NCBI RefSeq assembly: GCF_963921235.1
Contig: NC_086097.1
Span: forward strand, 170,440,001 to 170,504,000
DNA from: Mobula hypostoma
Taxonomy: Eukaryota
DNA length: 64,000 nucleotides
Direction of reading: 5' to 3'
Shown: positions 35,601-48,658 of the stretch, piece after piece
Numbering within the stretch: position 1 is the stretch's first letter
Layout of the letters: each line of letters opens with the position of its first letter
Translations under genes and position numbers: made by a program
The notes under the pieces: model-generated
Database searches by the model: none
The model's input: the letters and a program-made list of their open reading frames with translations, nothing else
What the model was told of the DNA's origin: nothing

Positions 35601-37844
35601 GTTTTTAGGTATCACTGCATTTACGAAGCATTTATTAAGGTACTTGAATAGCCAGTGGCTCTGTTGACTATCTAATATGGAAATGGGATTAGTCCTATAA
35701 CAGGCATGGATGCTGTGGGTCGAGGGCCTGTTCCTGCACTGTACAATAAGAAAACACAATCTTGTAAAAGGACAGCATGTCAGGGAATTTATGGTGCTTG
35801 TTAGGGATCCAAAAGATCTGTCCAACAACATCAAATTAGTACTTGGATACAGTGGAGATCACCCATATGCCATTACATTTAGCTTGCTTTAAACTGACTG
35901 TTGAAGCAGGGAAAGTCTTGAAGCAACCAGCTGCCTGCATTGCCAGAGACAATTATGGGAACAGATTGAATCTAACTTGAAAGAAAGATAAAGGAAAAAT
36001 ATTTATCTAACAGGAGTAAACAACTCACATCATTAAATTGACAGGTCTGAATGCAATAAGATGAAGAAGGCAAATTGTTGGCACTTTCAATGATGTGCTT
36101 GCTTGACAGAAATATTCAAGTCTCAGATATTCAACTAACTGCATGGAGCTGTCTGAGAGTAAGTACATTTTAAACATATTTAAACGATGTATCACTGTGA
36201 CTTGCAAACAAAAGTCAGCCCACAGATTTCCGAATCTCCTTTTTGTTCATTTAGTAGATATGTATTTACGTCCATCATAAATAAATGTAGTATCCCACTA
36301 TTTACCATATTCTGAATTTCATTTCACCAGAGTTTAAATCGGATTATGGATTATGCTGTTGGGGAGGTGATGACAGTGACAAATGCAGATGAACAGAAAT
36401 GAAATAATTCTGTTAAAATAATAACAGAGGCAATATTGTATGCAACTGGGAGTACTTTGTTATGTTGAAACCTAAATGTCAAATAAACAATTTTTCCCCT
36501 TGTTCAGGGTACAGACAGGAAGCATCCAGAGTTGGGGACTACACAGGGGAGCAAGAGAGATAATTATTCTCAGAATGAATTAAAGAATAATTGCCCTTCT
36601 CAATCTTGATGAAGTCACAATGTGTGTGAAATTAAACAAGATAAAAAGATTGGTGATTATTTTCCTCTTTTCCCATGGCCATAGACTGTATTTAACTCTC
36701 AATCAACCCTACTGTAAAATGTGTGATTTTGGTAATCAACATTCTTGTTTAGTGCTTCTTGCCCTCCCCCCACCTCCTTGCTCTGGCTTCTTCCCCCTTC
36801 CTTTTCAGTCCTGATGAAGGGTCTTGGTCTGAAAGGTTGACTTTTCAGTCGCTGCCTGACTTGCTGAGTTCCTGCAGCATTTTACATGTGGTGATCTCTG
36901 TTTGCAGGAGCTTGCTGTGCATAAATACTCGTCAGTAGAGTCAGAAAGTAATGCAGCACGGAAACAAGTTCTTAGGCCTTACACCTCCATGTCCGCTAAG
37001 CTAGTCCTGTTTAACAAGATTGTCTCATATCCCTCAAAATCTCTCCCATCTATCTACTTATCTAAGTCTCCTTTCTTGTAAATATCTTTATTTTACCTGC
37101 CACAACAACTTCCTCTGGCAGCTCATCCACATTTATACCAATCTCTGAGTGAAAAATTATCTCATTCACATTAAAGATATGCTTTATAGATTTTGCTTCC
37201 CATTCTCTGGGAAAAAAATAACCTGCAAACTTTAACCTCTATCTATGCCCCTCATGATTTTTTATGCAACTTTAGGCCTCCTGTGTTCCAAGGAATAGAG
37301 TTCTCATCTGCCCACCCTCTCCATATAACTCAGGATCTTGAATCCTGGCAACATCCTTGGAACTGAAAGGTAGATATTTCAATGCATGTTTATTTAATCA
37401 CAAGAATTTAAATTCCTTGATTTGTGGGTTTCAAGATCATAGGAAATCAAACTGAAGGGAAAAAAAAACCATTGCATATGCTGGAAATCTGCGGTAAAAT
37501 CAGAGATTGATAGAAGCACATAACACGCCAGGCAGCATCTGTGGGAAGAGAGGCTGAGTTAATGAAAGGTCTTCTGTTCAATATCTTTCTTTTATCACAA
37601 ATGCCCCCTGACTAGCTAAGTGCTTCTAGCGCTTTCAGTTTTTATGTCAAATTAATTGATCTGTTAAAATTCTTTATATAAATCTAGTAACTCCTCTATC
37701 TAACTAGATGCTCCAAAGGACAGCTTCTATCCTATTGTAATAATGTCTAATAGACCTTTTGTATGATAAAGATGAACATGTGATCTCATTGCTCTCACAC
37801 TTCATTTGTCTACCTGCACTGCACTTTCTCTGTAACTGTAACAC

Positions 37845-39055
37845 TACCATCCCCTCAAAACTAATCAATATTCTCCAAGACCTAGGCCTCAATGCCTCCA
37901 TGTGCACCTGGATCCTCAATTTCCTTATTTCCAGATCCCAATTAGTTCAGATTGGCAACAACATCTCTTCCACAATCTTCAACATCACAGATGCATGATG
38001 AGGTTATTTGCTTCGCCCCCAGCTTTACTCGTTTTACACTTATGACTGTGAGGCTGAGGACTGTTCCAATGCCATAATGAAATTTGCTGATGACAGCACT
38101 GCTATTGGCCGAATCAAAGGTGGTGACAAATCAGCATATAGGAGAGAGATTGAAAATCTGGCTGAATGGTGCCACAATAACAAGCTCTTATTCAATGTCA
38201 GCAAAACCAAAGAGCTGATTATTGGCTACAGGAGGTTCATGAGCCAGTCTTCATCAGAGAATCGGAGGTGAAGAGGATCAGCAACTTCAAATTCCTCAGC
38301 ATTATCATTTCAAAGGACTTGACTTGGGTTTAGTATATAAGTGGCATTACAAAGAAGGCACAGCCGCATCTGTACTCTCTTAGAAGTTTGTGAAGGTTTG
38401 GCATGTCATCTAAAACGTTGACAAACTTCTATAGATGCACAGTGACTGGTTGCAACACAGCCTGGTTTGGAAACACCAATGCCTAGCAATGGAAAAGCCT
38501 ACAAAAAGTAATGGATATAGTCCAGTCCATCATGGGTAAAGCTGACGCACTATGGAACACGTCTGCAAGGAGTGGTGTTGCAGGAAAGCAGCATCTATCA
38601 TCAAGGACCCCCCACCATGGTTTCTTCTTGCTGCTGTCATCAGGAAGGAGAGGCAGGAACCTTAGTTCCCATATGACCAGATTCAGGAACAGCTATTTCC
38701 CCTCAATCATCAAGCTCTTGAACCAGAGGGGACAACGTTACTCAATTTCACTCACCCCAACACAAAACGGATTCCACAACACATGGACTCACTTTCAAGG
38801 ATCCTACAATTCATGTGCTCGACATTTATTGTTTATTTATTTGTTATTATTATTTTATTTTTTTCTCTCATTTTGTATTTGCAGTTTGTTGTCTTTTGCA
38901 CATCAGCTGTCTGACTTTGTTTTGTGTGGGTTTTCATTGACTTTAAAGTGTTTCTTTGTATTTACTGTAAATGCTGGCATGAAAATGAAGCTCAGCTAGT
39001 ATATGGTGATGTATATGTACTTTGATAATAAATTTACTTTGAAATTTTGAACTTT
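37845..39055 (+). mobile_element. Rex1 LINE 3' part
   Basis: [25 protein letters not shown]...EWCHNNKLLFNVSKTKELI; RFRNSYFP; AATAAA and TTTGAAC tail. Confidence 0.85.
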
Positions 39056-39449
39056 GATTATTCTTATTCTGTCATTGCTTTTCTCTTTGTGCTTCTTTCT
39101 GTATAGATGACATTCAATGTATCTTGCTATCTGTGACAATCATGAACAATTTACCCATTACTAAGTCGGCATATAACTGGTATTGGCAATTAAAAATCTT
39201 GAAGTCTATTGTCAATACCAAGTAAGCACCGAAGGGTTGTTAATTTGTCTAGTTGGTTGAGTTGCTCTAACTTTTGAGTTTGTATTTGAAGCCAGCGTGC
39301 GAAATGGTTGGAGTTGTTAATTAACTCTCCTTCAATATAATGTGATTATATTCGGTAGAACATCAGGAAACCCTGAAAGTAACTAGTAATCCAGCTGTGT
39401 TTATTCACATTCCTTAGGAAAGCAATTATTTTATTTAAAGTATTTACAT

Positions 39450-39730
39450 ATTTAGAGAATAGGTCCTTCAGGCCCTTCGAGCCGTGTCAACCAGCAACCC
39501 CTGACAAACCCGATTTAGCTATAACCTAATCATGGGACAATTTACAATGACTAATTAACCTACCTGGTGCAACCTTGGACTATGGGAGGAAGTCAGAGGA
39601 CCCGGAGAAAACTCACACATTCCATGGGGAGGACATACAGAGAGTCCTTACAGAGGACACCAGGAATGAACTCCGAACTCCGATGCCCTGAGGTGTAATA
39701 ATGTTGGGCTGACTGCTACACTACCAAGGT
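39450..39730 (-). mobile_element. V-SINE
   Basis: Homologous to 34480-34767 and 32085-32357. Confidence 0.72.
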
Positions 39731-39769
39731 ACTCTGAGCTGTCCAGATAGTGCAAGTGATACAAGCATA

Positions 39770-40240
39770 CGAGGGGTGATTGATAAGTTTGTGGCCTAAG
39801 GTAGAAGGAGTCAATTTTAGAAAACCTAGCACATTTATTTTTCAACATAGTCCCCTCCTACATTTACACACTTAGTCCAGTGGTCGTGGAGCATACGGAT
39901 CTTGGACTTCCAGAAAGTGTCCACAGCACGGGTGACTGATAAGTTTGTGGCCTAAGGGAGTTGAATTATACAGCTCTTGTTACATGCATGTGCAGTTCAA
40001 CTCTTTGAGTGATTATGCAGACAGTTTGAAGTTAATAACTCATCTCCTTCTACCTTAGGCCACGAACTTATCAATCACCCCTGCTGTGGACGCTTTCTGG
40101 AGGTCCAAGATCCGTATGCTCCACGACCGCTGGACTAAATGTGTAAATGTAGGAGGGGACTATTTTGAAAAATAAATGTGCTAGGTTTTCTAAAATTGAC
40201 TCCTTCTACCTTAGGCCACAAACTTATCAATCACCCCTCG
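39770..40240. mobile_element. Mariner-derived palindromic MITE
   Basis: TA TSD (39768-39769, 40241-40242); TIR CGAGGGGTGATTGATAAGTTTGTGGCCTAAGG; ~190-bp inverted arms; 40110-40175 translates to IRMLHDRWTKCVNVGGDYFEK*, a mariner transposase C-terminus. Confidence 0.92.
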
Positions 40241-40439
40241 TAATTAATCCCAATGTGTGGTGTAAAAGCAGAAGAAAAAGATGAAAGTTTATGGAATTCT
40301 GTGTCATGAACCCCATGGTCTCTGCCTTCCATTATGTTTAAAAATAAACTCAGTGGCCAGTTGTTATGTACCTCCTGTACCTAATAAAATGGCCACTGGG
40401 AGTATGTTCATGGTCTTCTACTACTTGCCTGTGTTGGTA

Positions 40440-42251
40440 TGCCTCCTTCACAGATGCGTTGAACAACTTCTACGCTTGCTTCGAGGCGGAAATGATGTGG
40501 TGGCGAGGAAGACCACCCCTCCTCCCAATGACCAGGTGCTGTGTCTTATCGTGGCCAATGTGAGGAAAACTCTATGCAGGGTCAACCCACGGAAGGCTGC
40601 TGGACCAGACAATATTCCTGGCAGAGTGCTCAGAGGATGTGCAGACCAGCTGGCAGATGTTCTCACTGACATCTTCAACATCTCCCTGAGCAGCGCCGTC
40701 GTTCCAACCTGCTTCAAGGCTGCCACCATTGTCCTGGTGCCGAAGAAGTCATCAGTGTCCTGCCTCAACGACTACCGTCCCGTAGCACTCACATATTTCA
40801 TCATGAAGTATTTCTAGAGGGTCGTCATGAGGCACATCAAGACCCTACTGCCCCCTTCACTGGACCCCCTTCAGTTCGCGTATCGACCCGACCGCTCAAC
40901 GGTTGATGCCATCGCCAGCACCCTACACTTAGCCCTCACCCACCTGGACAAAAAAGACCTGTACGTTTGAATACTGTTTATAGATTTTAGTTCAGCATTC
41001 AACACAACCATTCCTCAGCACCTGATTGGAAAGCTGAGCCTACTGGGCCTGAACACCTCCCTCTGCAACTGGATCCTAGACTTCCTGACTGGGAGACCTC
41101 AGTCAGTCCGGATCGGGAGCAGCATCTCCAACACCATTACCCTGAGCATGGGCCCCGCCCCCCCCCCCCCAGGGCTGTGTGCTCAGTCCACTGCTGTTCA
41201 CTCTGCTGATCCATGACTGTGCTGCAACACACAGCTCGAATCACATCATCAAGTTCGCCGATGACACGACCGTGGTGGGTCTCATCAGCAGGCATGATGA
41301 GTCAGTATACAGAGAGGAGGTGCAGCGGCTAACGGACTGGTGCAGAGCCAACAACCTGTCTCTGAATGTGAACAAAACAAAAGAGATGATTGTTGACTTC
41401 AGGAGAGCACGGAGCGACCACTCTCTGCTGAACATTGACATCTCCTCTATTGAGATCGTTAAGAGCACCAAATTTCTTGGTATTCACCTGGTGGAGAATC
41501 TCACCTGGTCCCTCAACACCAGCTCCATAGCCAAGAAAGCCCAGCAGCATCTCTATTTTCTGCGAAGGCTGAGAAAAGTCCATCTCCCACCCCCATCCTC
41601 ACCACATTCTACAGAGGTTGTATTGAGAGCATCCTGAGCAGCTGCATCACTGCCTGGTTCAAGAATTGCACCATCTCAGATCACAAGACCCTGCAGTGGA
41701 TAGTGAGGTCAGCTGAGAAGATCATCGGGGTCTCTCTTCCCGCCATTACAGACATTTACACCACACACTGCACCTGCAAAGCTAACAGTATTTTGAAGGA
41801 CCCCACACACCCCTCACACAAACTTTTCTCGCTCCTGCCATCTGGCAAAAGGTATCAAAGCATTCGAGCTTTCACGACCAGACTGTGCAACAGTTTCTTC
41901 CCCCAAGCTATCAGACTCCTCAATACCCAGAGACTAGACTGTCATCTACATCATTAATTATTATATTGTAATTTGTCCTCAACTGTGCCTATTGTCTTGT
42001 TTATTATTTATTGTACTGCCCTGCACTGTTTTGTGCACTTTATGTAGTCCCGTGTAGGTCTGTAGTCTAGTGTAGTTTTTGCGTTGTCTTACGTAGTCTA
42101 GTGTAGCCTTGTGTTGTCTCACTTAGTCTAGTGTAGTTTTGTGTTGTTTCATGTAGCACCATGGTCCTGGAAGAACGTTGTTTCGTTTTTACTGTGTACC
42201 AGCTGTTTATGGTTGAAATGACAATAAAAAGTGACTTGACTTGACTTGACT
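40440..42251 (+). mobile_element. Rex1 LINE, 5'-truncated, with disrupted RT
   Basis: [13 protein letters not shown]...[36 protein letters not shown]; stops near 40815 and 40968, frameshift at poly-C near 41160; (GACTT)n tail at 42232-42251. Confidence 0.93.
42062..42152 (+). repeat. Three copies of a ~30-bp tandem repeat in the Rex1 3' UTR
   Basis: Variants of GTAGTCTAGTGTAGTTTTGTGTTGTCTCAC. Confidence 0.85.
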
Positions 42252-42573
42252 GTGGCCCATCCACTTCAAGGTTCGATGCATTATCGTTCAGTTTGCATAG
42301 AAGTTTAACTGCTCCAACAAAACCAGCCAAAATGAGCTTTGCTGATAGCATGAACATAACGCAGGAACATTTAGAACCAAAATCATTGTCGATTGCAGAA
42401 AACTTTAGGTTTTATAAGTGGAATCAAAATGAAGGGGAATCCATTTCAGATTATGTGGCTGAATTGAAAAAATTGTCTGAGCATTGTTTTCTAAAGGCAG
42501 GATGATGCAACCATCATTGATGAGAAAGAGTGGATGTTGTGTACTTGGATTTTCAGAAGGCCTTTGACAAGGT

Positions 42574-43717
42574 TTAGTTGGTTCAAAGGGCTCTGATTAT
42601 TATCAGAGGATGTATACAGTATACAACCTTAAATGCAGACGAGAAAATCTGCAGATGCTGGAAATCTGAGCAACACACACAAAATACTGGAGGAACTCAG
42701 CAGGCCAGGCAGCATCTATGGAAAAAAGCACAGTCGACGTTTCCGGCCGAAGCCCTTTAGAAGGACTGGAGAAAAAAAGCTGAGGAGTAGATTTAAAATG
42801 TGGGGGCAGGGGAGAGAGAAACTTGCTTCATCCCTCCCCCTCCAAGTTACACCTGTCGCCTGGTGCTTCTCAACAGGCAGTCTCGTCTGCTAAGTTCCTC
42901 CAGCATTTTGTGTGTGTTGCAACCTGAAATACCTGTCTTCACAGACATCCACAAAAAACAGAACCCAAAAGAATGAATGACAGAAAAACATTAAAACCCC
43001 AAAGCCACCTCTCCCTTATGCAAGCAGCAGTAAGCATCAACACATTAAACTCTTCCCCCCTCCGCCCATTTCAGCAAAAGTGTCAGCGCCCACTACCCAC
43101 CAAGCAACAGCAAAGCACCCAAAGAGAGACCATCGTCTGTAGTCAACAAAAACTACTGTTTACCCAACAGTTCAACATAGGCTCTCTCCCTAACAAGAAA
43201 CGGGGAGATATCACCCATTTTCACGGCAAAAGGGGAGACTGACAGTCCCAGTTACGATATTACTGTCTGCTGCGTCGCTTTTTATTCTAAGATTCTCCGA
43301 CTCGAGAATTGGCAGCAAATTCTCCCCACCCTCAAGAGAAAGAGGGAGAGGGTGCAACTGCTTGACTACAGAGAGCTCTGTCCATACGTCCCCTGCAGCA
43401 AGATCCTGATGTTCCATCTCCTGCGATGCCTCAGTTGGCAACACTGGCCTGGAATAGGTTATACAGTGCCACACCCAGGGAGCACCATTTTCCAAGTCGT
43501 GCCTGGAGAATGTCAGAAAGATGGTCGTCTGGCGTGTTTCCAGAACATTATCTCATCCACCATAAAAAACACATTTTGAGTGTTATTTGCAGATCAGGAC
43601 CTCAACAGAACCCTAAGCACCTTGAAAAGGAAATAGAAAGAGACATTAAAGAGAAGAATTTAAGCTGCTTCCGTAGATGAGCTCAAAAGGGCAGTCACTT
43701 AGCACTGTCTTAACTCC
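42574..43717 (-). mobile_element. Non-coding element with Rex1-type 3' end nested in the CR1
   Basis: Interrupts the CR1 RT; 5' end GGAGTTAAGACAGTGC on the minus strand; 3' end like Rex1 UTRs; no convincing ORF. Confidence 0.55.
42630..42919 (-). mobile_element. Penelope fold-back insertion
   Basis: pLTR end plus inverted copy; CAACCT duplicated at 42624-42629 and 42920-42925. Confidence 0.78.
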
Positions 43718-45513
43718 ACTATGAGGCTGCTAAACAAGTTAAGAGTCTGTGGTATTAGAGGAAAGATACTACATGAACAGAGTATTGGCTGATTTACAGG
43801 AGGCAAAGAGTGGGAATAAAGGGAATCCTTTTATGGCTGGCTGCCGGTGATGAGTGGCATTCCACACGGAACCGTTTCTTTTTATGTTCCAAGTCAATGA
43901 TATGCATGATGGAATTGATGGTTTTGTGGCCAAGTTTGTGGATGATACAAAGGTAGGTGGAGGGGCAGGTAGTGTTGAGGAAGCAATGAGGCTGCAGAAG
44001 GGCTTGGAGAGATTAGGAGAATGGGCAAAGAAGTGGCAGAGGAATACAATGTTGGGAAGAGCATGGTCATGCATTTTGGTAGATGAAATAAAAGCATAGA
44101 CTATTTTCTAAATGGAGAGAAAATTCAAAAATTTGAGGTGCAAAGGGACTTGGGAGTCCTTGTGCAGGATTCCCTAAAGGCTAATTTGCAGGTTGAGTCA
44201 TTGGTGAAGAAGGTAAATGCAATATTAGTATTCATTTCAAAAGAACTAGAATATAAAAACAACAATGTAATATTGAGGTCTTATAAAGCACTGGTGAGGT
44301 TTCACAGGGAGTACTGTGAGCAGTTTTGGGTCCCTTATCTAAGAAAGGGTGTGTTGACGTTGGAGAGGGTTCAGAGGAAGTTCATGAGAATGATTCTGGG
44401 AATTAAAGGGTTAGCATATAAGGACTGATTGATGGCTCTGGGCCTGTACTTGCTGGAATCCAGAAGAATGAGGGGAAAGCTCATTGAAACATATTGAATG
44501 TTGAAAGACCTTGATAGAGGAGAGGGGATGTTTCCTATGGTGAATGAGTCTATAACCAGAGGCACAGCCTCTCAGAATAGAGGGACGTCCATTTAGAACA
44601 GAGATAAGGAGGACTTTCTTTAACCAGAGAGTGGCGAATCTGTGGAATTCATTGCCACCATGGCTGCAGAAGCCATGTCATTGGGTATATTTAAGACAGA
44701 AGTTGATAAGTTCTTGATTAGTCAAGGCATGAAGGGTTATGGGGAGAAGGCAGGAGATTGGGCCTGAGAGGGAAATGGATCAGTCACAATGAAATGGCAG
44801 AGCAGACTCGATGGTCCAAATGGCCTAGCTTTGTTCCCATGTCTTATGGTCTTGTGGTCTTATTTGCAGTTCAGTGATGGGCTTAATGATGCACTGAGAG
44901 ACTTTTTACATCAAAACATTTGAAATGAAGCACAACTCACATTTAAAAGAGCAGCTTTATCAGTGGAAACAGCAGGCAGAGACGCAATTGAGTTATAGTC
45001 AGTAATGAAAGTGAGTGTGAACAAAATTGCAACCCCTAAACAGGAAACAGGAAAATTGGTCTCACATATATTAAACCAATGCAAGTTTAAGGGCAAAACC
45101 TGCAGATAATGCAAAAATGTAGGACATATACAAAGAGAATGCCTGGACAGCACAGAGGAGAGTGAAAGATAAAAAGTCTAGAATACCCATAAGGATGACA
45201 AGGAGCATCTTCAAAAGTTTAAGACAGATTTAAAAAGGTTAGTGTCACAGTCCAGTCCCTGAAGTCCGCATTTTGGTTCACAGTCCGGTCCATAAGTAGC
45301 TCAGGGGTCCAGCTACTCCTTTGCTGGACCGTCCCTGTTAGAATCCCCATCTGAAACCCACACCGAGAAGCTCGGCATCAGAAACTCATTCCAGGAAGCT
45401 CGGCATCAGAAACCCACACCAAGGAGCTTGTACCAGAAACACGTGACCTCAGCCAGCATGGTAAGTCTGGACTATTATTGGAGCTACTGAGTATCGTGGA
45501 CTCCAAGTTGCCT

Positions 45514-45562
45514 CTGTGTCCTGTGTCCTGTGTCCTGTGTCCTGTGTCCTGTGTCCTGTGTC
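45514..45562 (+). repeat. (CTGTGTC)7 heptamer tandem repeat
   Basis: Seven perfect copies inside the solo LTR. Confidence 0.95.
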
Positions 45563-45630
45563 CACGAAGGGTCCAAGTCCAGTCAAGTTTGAGCTCCAAG
45601 TCAATCGCCAAGTCAAGACCCAGGTACCTA

Positions 45631-45811
45631 GTAACACACATAAAAATTGCTGGTGAACACAGCAGGCCAGGCAGCATCTATAGGAAGAGGTATGGTCGAC
45701 TGTACCCCTTCCTATAGATGTTGCCTGGCCTGCTACGTTCACCAGCAATTTTTATGTGTGTTGCTTGAAATTCCAGCATCTGCACATTTCCTCGTGTTTG
45801 CATTTTTAAAT
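45631..45811 (+). mobile_element. Penelope-derived fold-back insertion
   Basis: Inverted arms around GTCGAC; 11-bp TSD CCAGGTACCTA at 45620-45630 and 45812-45822. Confidence 0.87.
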
Positions 45812-46419
45812 CCAGGTACCTAATCCCTGCCAAGACCCAAGTCCTCAGTCAAGTCCTAGTCCCAAGTCCAAGTCCAGGTTTTCCGGTTCATTATTCTACG
45901 TTCACTTCCTAGGGTGAGATTTTATCCTTGCTTCTTGGCTTCCCTAGTATTCTTAATAAACATAGTCCTGTTCATACTGCTTCAGTGTCTGTGTCTTGCA
46001 TTTGGGTCCGCTCCCAACGCTCCCCCTTGCAACAATCAGAAGCTTATGAGCCCAGTGCTTTCTGTTTATACTGTATACATGAGTATTCATGTATGGTTGA
46101 ATCACAATGACACTTGAACTTGAACATATACTCTGTGAACTTTATGTGGAGAAGGGGCTTCATTGCACCCTGGTGTATATTCATCTGATCTAATCTAATC
46201 TCTTGCTTCACCTCTTCCCTCCATATTTTTTAAACAAGATATCTCCTCTCTTTCTTTCCAGTCCAGATAAAGGGTCTTGACCCAAAATATCAACTATCTG
46301 TTTCCCTCCACAGATACTGCCTGGCCCACTAAATTCCTCCATTGTATTGTGTGTTGACCCACTTTCTAGATCTGCAGTCTCTTGTGTCTGTAATCAAGTC
46401 TAATCTAATCTAATCTTTT

Positions 46420-48445
46420 CAGCATCTGTATTTACTCGGGAGACAGACAGTCTATAGAAGTGAAGCAAAACAGCAGTGAGGTCACGGACCCTATACAGAT
46501 AATATAGGAGGAAGTGTTTGCTGTCTTGAGGCAAATTAGGGTGGATAAATCTCCAGGGCCTGACAAGGTGTTTCCTTGGATCCAGTTGGAGACAAGTGGA
46601 GAAATTGTAGGGGCCCTAGCAGAGATATTTAAAACATCCTTAGCAACAAATGAGGTACTGGAGGACTGGAGAGAGCTACTTCTGTTCCACTGTTTAGTAA
46701 AGGCTTTAAGAATAAACTAGGAAATTATAGGTCAGTGAGCCTGACATCACTAGTGGGAAAGTTATTGGAATGCACTCTAAGGGACCGGATATATGAATAT
46801 TTGGATAGACATGGACTGATTAAAGATAGTCAGCATGGCTTTGTGTCCAACCAATCTTAGAGAATTTTTCAAGGAAGTTACCAAGAATGTTGATTAAGTC
46901 AAGATAGTGGGTGTTGTCTACATGGACTTTAGCAAGGCATTTGACAAGGTCATGCATGGGAGCTTGGTCAGGCAGGTTCAGTTGCTAGCATTCAATACGT
47001 GGTAGTAAATTGGATTAGACAATGGCTTTGTGGGAGAAGACAGAGTAGTAGTAGATGCTTGCCCCTTTGAATGGAGGCCTGTAACTAGCGGAGTGCCACA
47101 ATTATCGGTGCTGGATCCATTGTTGTTTGTCATCTATATCAATGTGGTTAACTGGCCTTTTCTCCTTGGAGCAACAGAAGATGAGAGGTGACCTGATAGA
47201 GGTATATAAGATAATGAGAGGCATTGATCGTGTGGATAGTCAGAGGCTTTTTCCCAGGGCTGAAATGGCTAACACAGTTTTAAGGTGCTTAGAAGTAGGT
47301 ACAGAGGTGATGTCAGGGGTATGTTTTTAATGTAGAGAGTGGTGAGTGTGTGGAATGGGCTGCCGGTGACTGTGGTGGAGGCGGAAGTGATAGGTTCTTT
47401 TAAAAGACTCCTGGATGGGTACATGGAGCTTAGAAAAATAGAGGGCTATGGGTAACCCTAAAATAAATACATGTTTGGCACGGTATTGTGGGCCAAAGGG
47501 CCTGTATTGTGCTGTAGGTTTTCTATGTTGCTATGGATCAGCAAATTTGCAGATGACACCAAGATTGGGAGTGTAGTGGACAGGGAGGAAGACTATCAGA
47601 GCTTGCAGTGGAATCTAGACCAGCCAGAAAAATGGGCAGAAAAATGCCAAACGGAATTTAATGCAGACAAATGTGAGATGTTGCATTTCAGTAGGACCAA
47701 CCAGGGTAGGTCTTACGTAGTGAACGGTAGGGCAATGAGGAGTGTGGTGGAACAAAGTGATCTGGGAATATAGGTCCATAATTCATTGAAAGAGGCGGCT
47801 CAGGTTGACAGGGTCGTAAAGAAAGCTTTTTCCACTTTGGCCTTCGTAAATCAATGTATTGAGTACAGGAAATGGAAGATTAGGTTGATGTTTTATAACA
47901 CGTTGGTAGGTCTAATTTGGAGTATTGATCATGTACCTACAGGAAAGATGTAAATAAGTTTGAAATTGTGCAGAGAAAAGTTACAAGAATGTTGCTGGAA
48001 CTGGAGGACTTGAGATATATGGAAAGATTGAATAGGTTAGATCTTTATTCCTTGGAACATAGAAGATTGAGGAGAGATTTGATAGAAGAATGGAAAATTA
48101 TGAGGAGTTATTATAGATACGATGAATGCAAGCAGGCTTTTATCCACTGACGTTGGGTGGGATTAGGACTAGAGTTCATGGATTAAGGGTAAAAAGTGAA
48201 ATGTTTAAGGAGAACATGAGTGGAAACTTCTTCACTCAGAGGGTTGTAAGACAGTGGAAGAAGTTGCCAGTGCAAGCGGTGCATGCAAGCTCAACACTTA
48301 AGAGAAGTTTGGATAGTACATGGATGGTAGGGGTACAAAGGGCTATGGTCCAGGTGCAGATTGATGGGAGTAGGTAGTTTAAATGGTTCAACATAGATCA
48401 GATGGTCTGAAGGGCCTTTTTTTGTGCTTTATTTTTCTATGACTG
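46420..48445 (+). mobile_element. CR1 ORF2 and 3' end with a second CR1 3' fragment nested at ~47156-47531
   Basis: VDKSPGPDKVFP; MDFSKAFDKV; WISKFADDTKIG resumes after a TTTCTATG-tailed insert. Confidence 0.82.
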
Positions 48446-48658
48446 TGCCTCTAATCTAATCTAATCTAATCATAACTAAAATACCTCATTCTGGGCAACA
48501 TTCTGTCAGATCTCCTCCACACCCTATCTGAGCGATCATACAAATGTGTTAGGGGGAAATTTCTCTGTGCAATGAATCATTGTATACTTGAACATGCTGT
48601 CTGAAAGGGCAATAGAAGCAGACTCAATGGTAACTTTCACAAGAGGTCTGGACAAGTT

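Larger units (their letters stand above)
42500..44862 (+). mobile_element. CR1 RT and 3' end, interrupted at ~42574-43717
   Basis: DVVYLDFQKAFDKV resumes at 43721 (MRLLNKL); AKFVDDTKVGG; TCTTATGG tail. Confidence 0.82.
42285..45170 (+). mobile_element. gag: Mag-clade-like Gypsy gag remnant split by insertions (pieces 42285-42490 and 44865-45170)
   Basis: RSLTAPTKPA...HLEPKSLSIAENFRFYKWNQNEGESISDYVAELKKLSEHC, continuing as QFSDGLNDALRD and later CKFKGKTCR*CKNVGHIQREC. Confidence 0.72.
45243..46034. mobile_element. Solo LTR related to 18293-19244
   Basis: TGTCAC...GCAACA termini; shared CTTCAGTGTCTGT...ATTTGGGTCCGC 3' motif; AATAAA at ~45955; TSD degenerate (GTTAG/ATCAG). Confidence 0.7.

Noticed and set aside
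42062..42152. CRISPR-like ~30-bp repeats
   Set aside because: Head-to-tail with no spacers, inside a Rex1 3' UTR in eukaryotic DNA
45378..45748. ORFs with TGHRTQD or CPVSCVL repeats
   Set aside because: Translation of the (CTGTGTC)7 tandem repeat and a PLE hairpin
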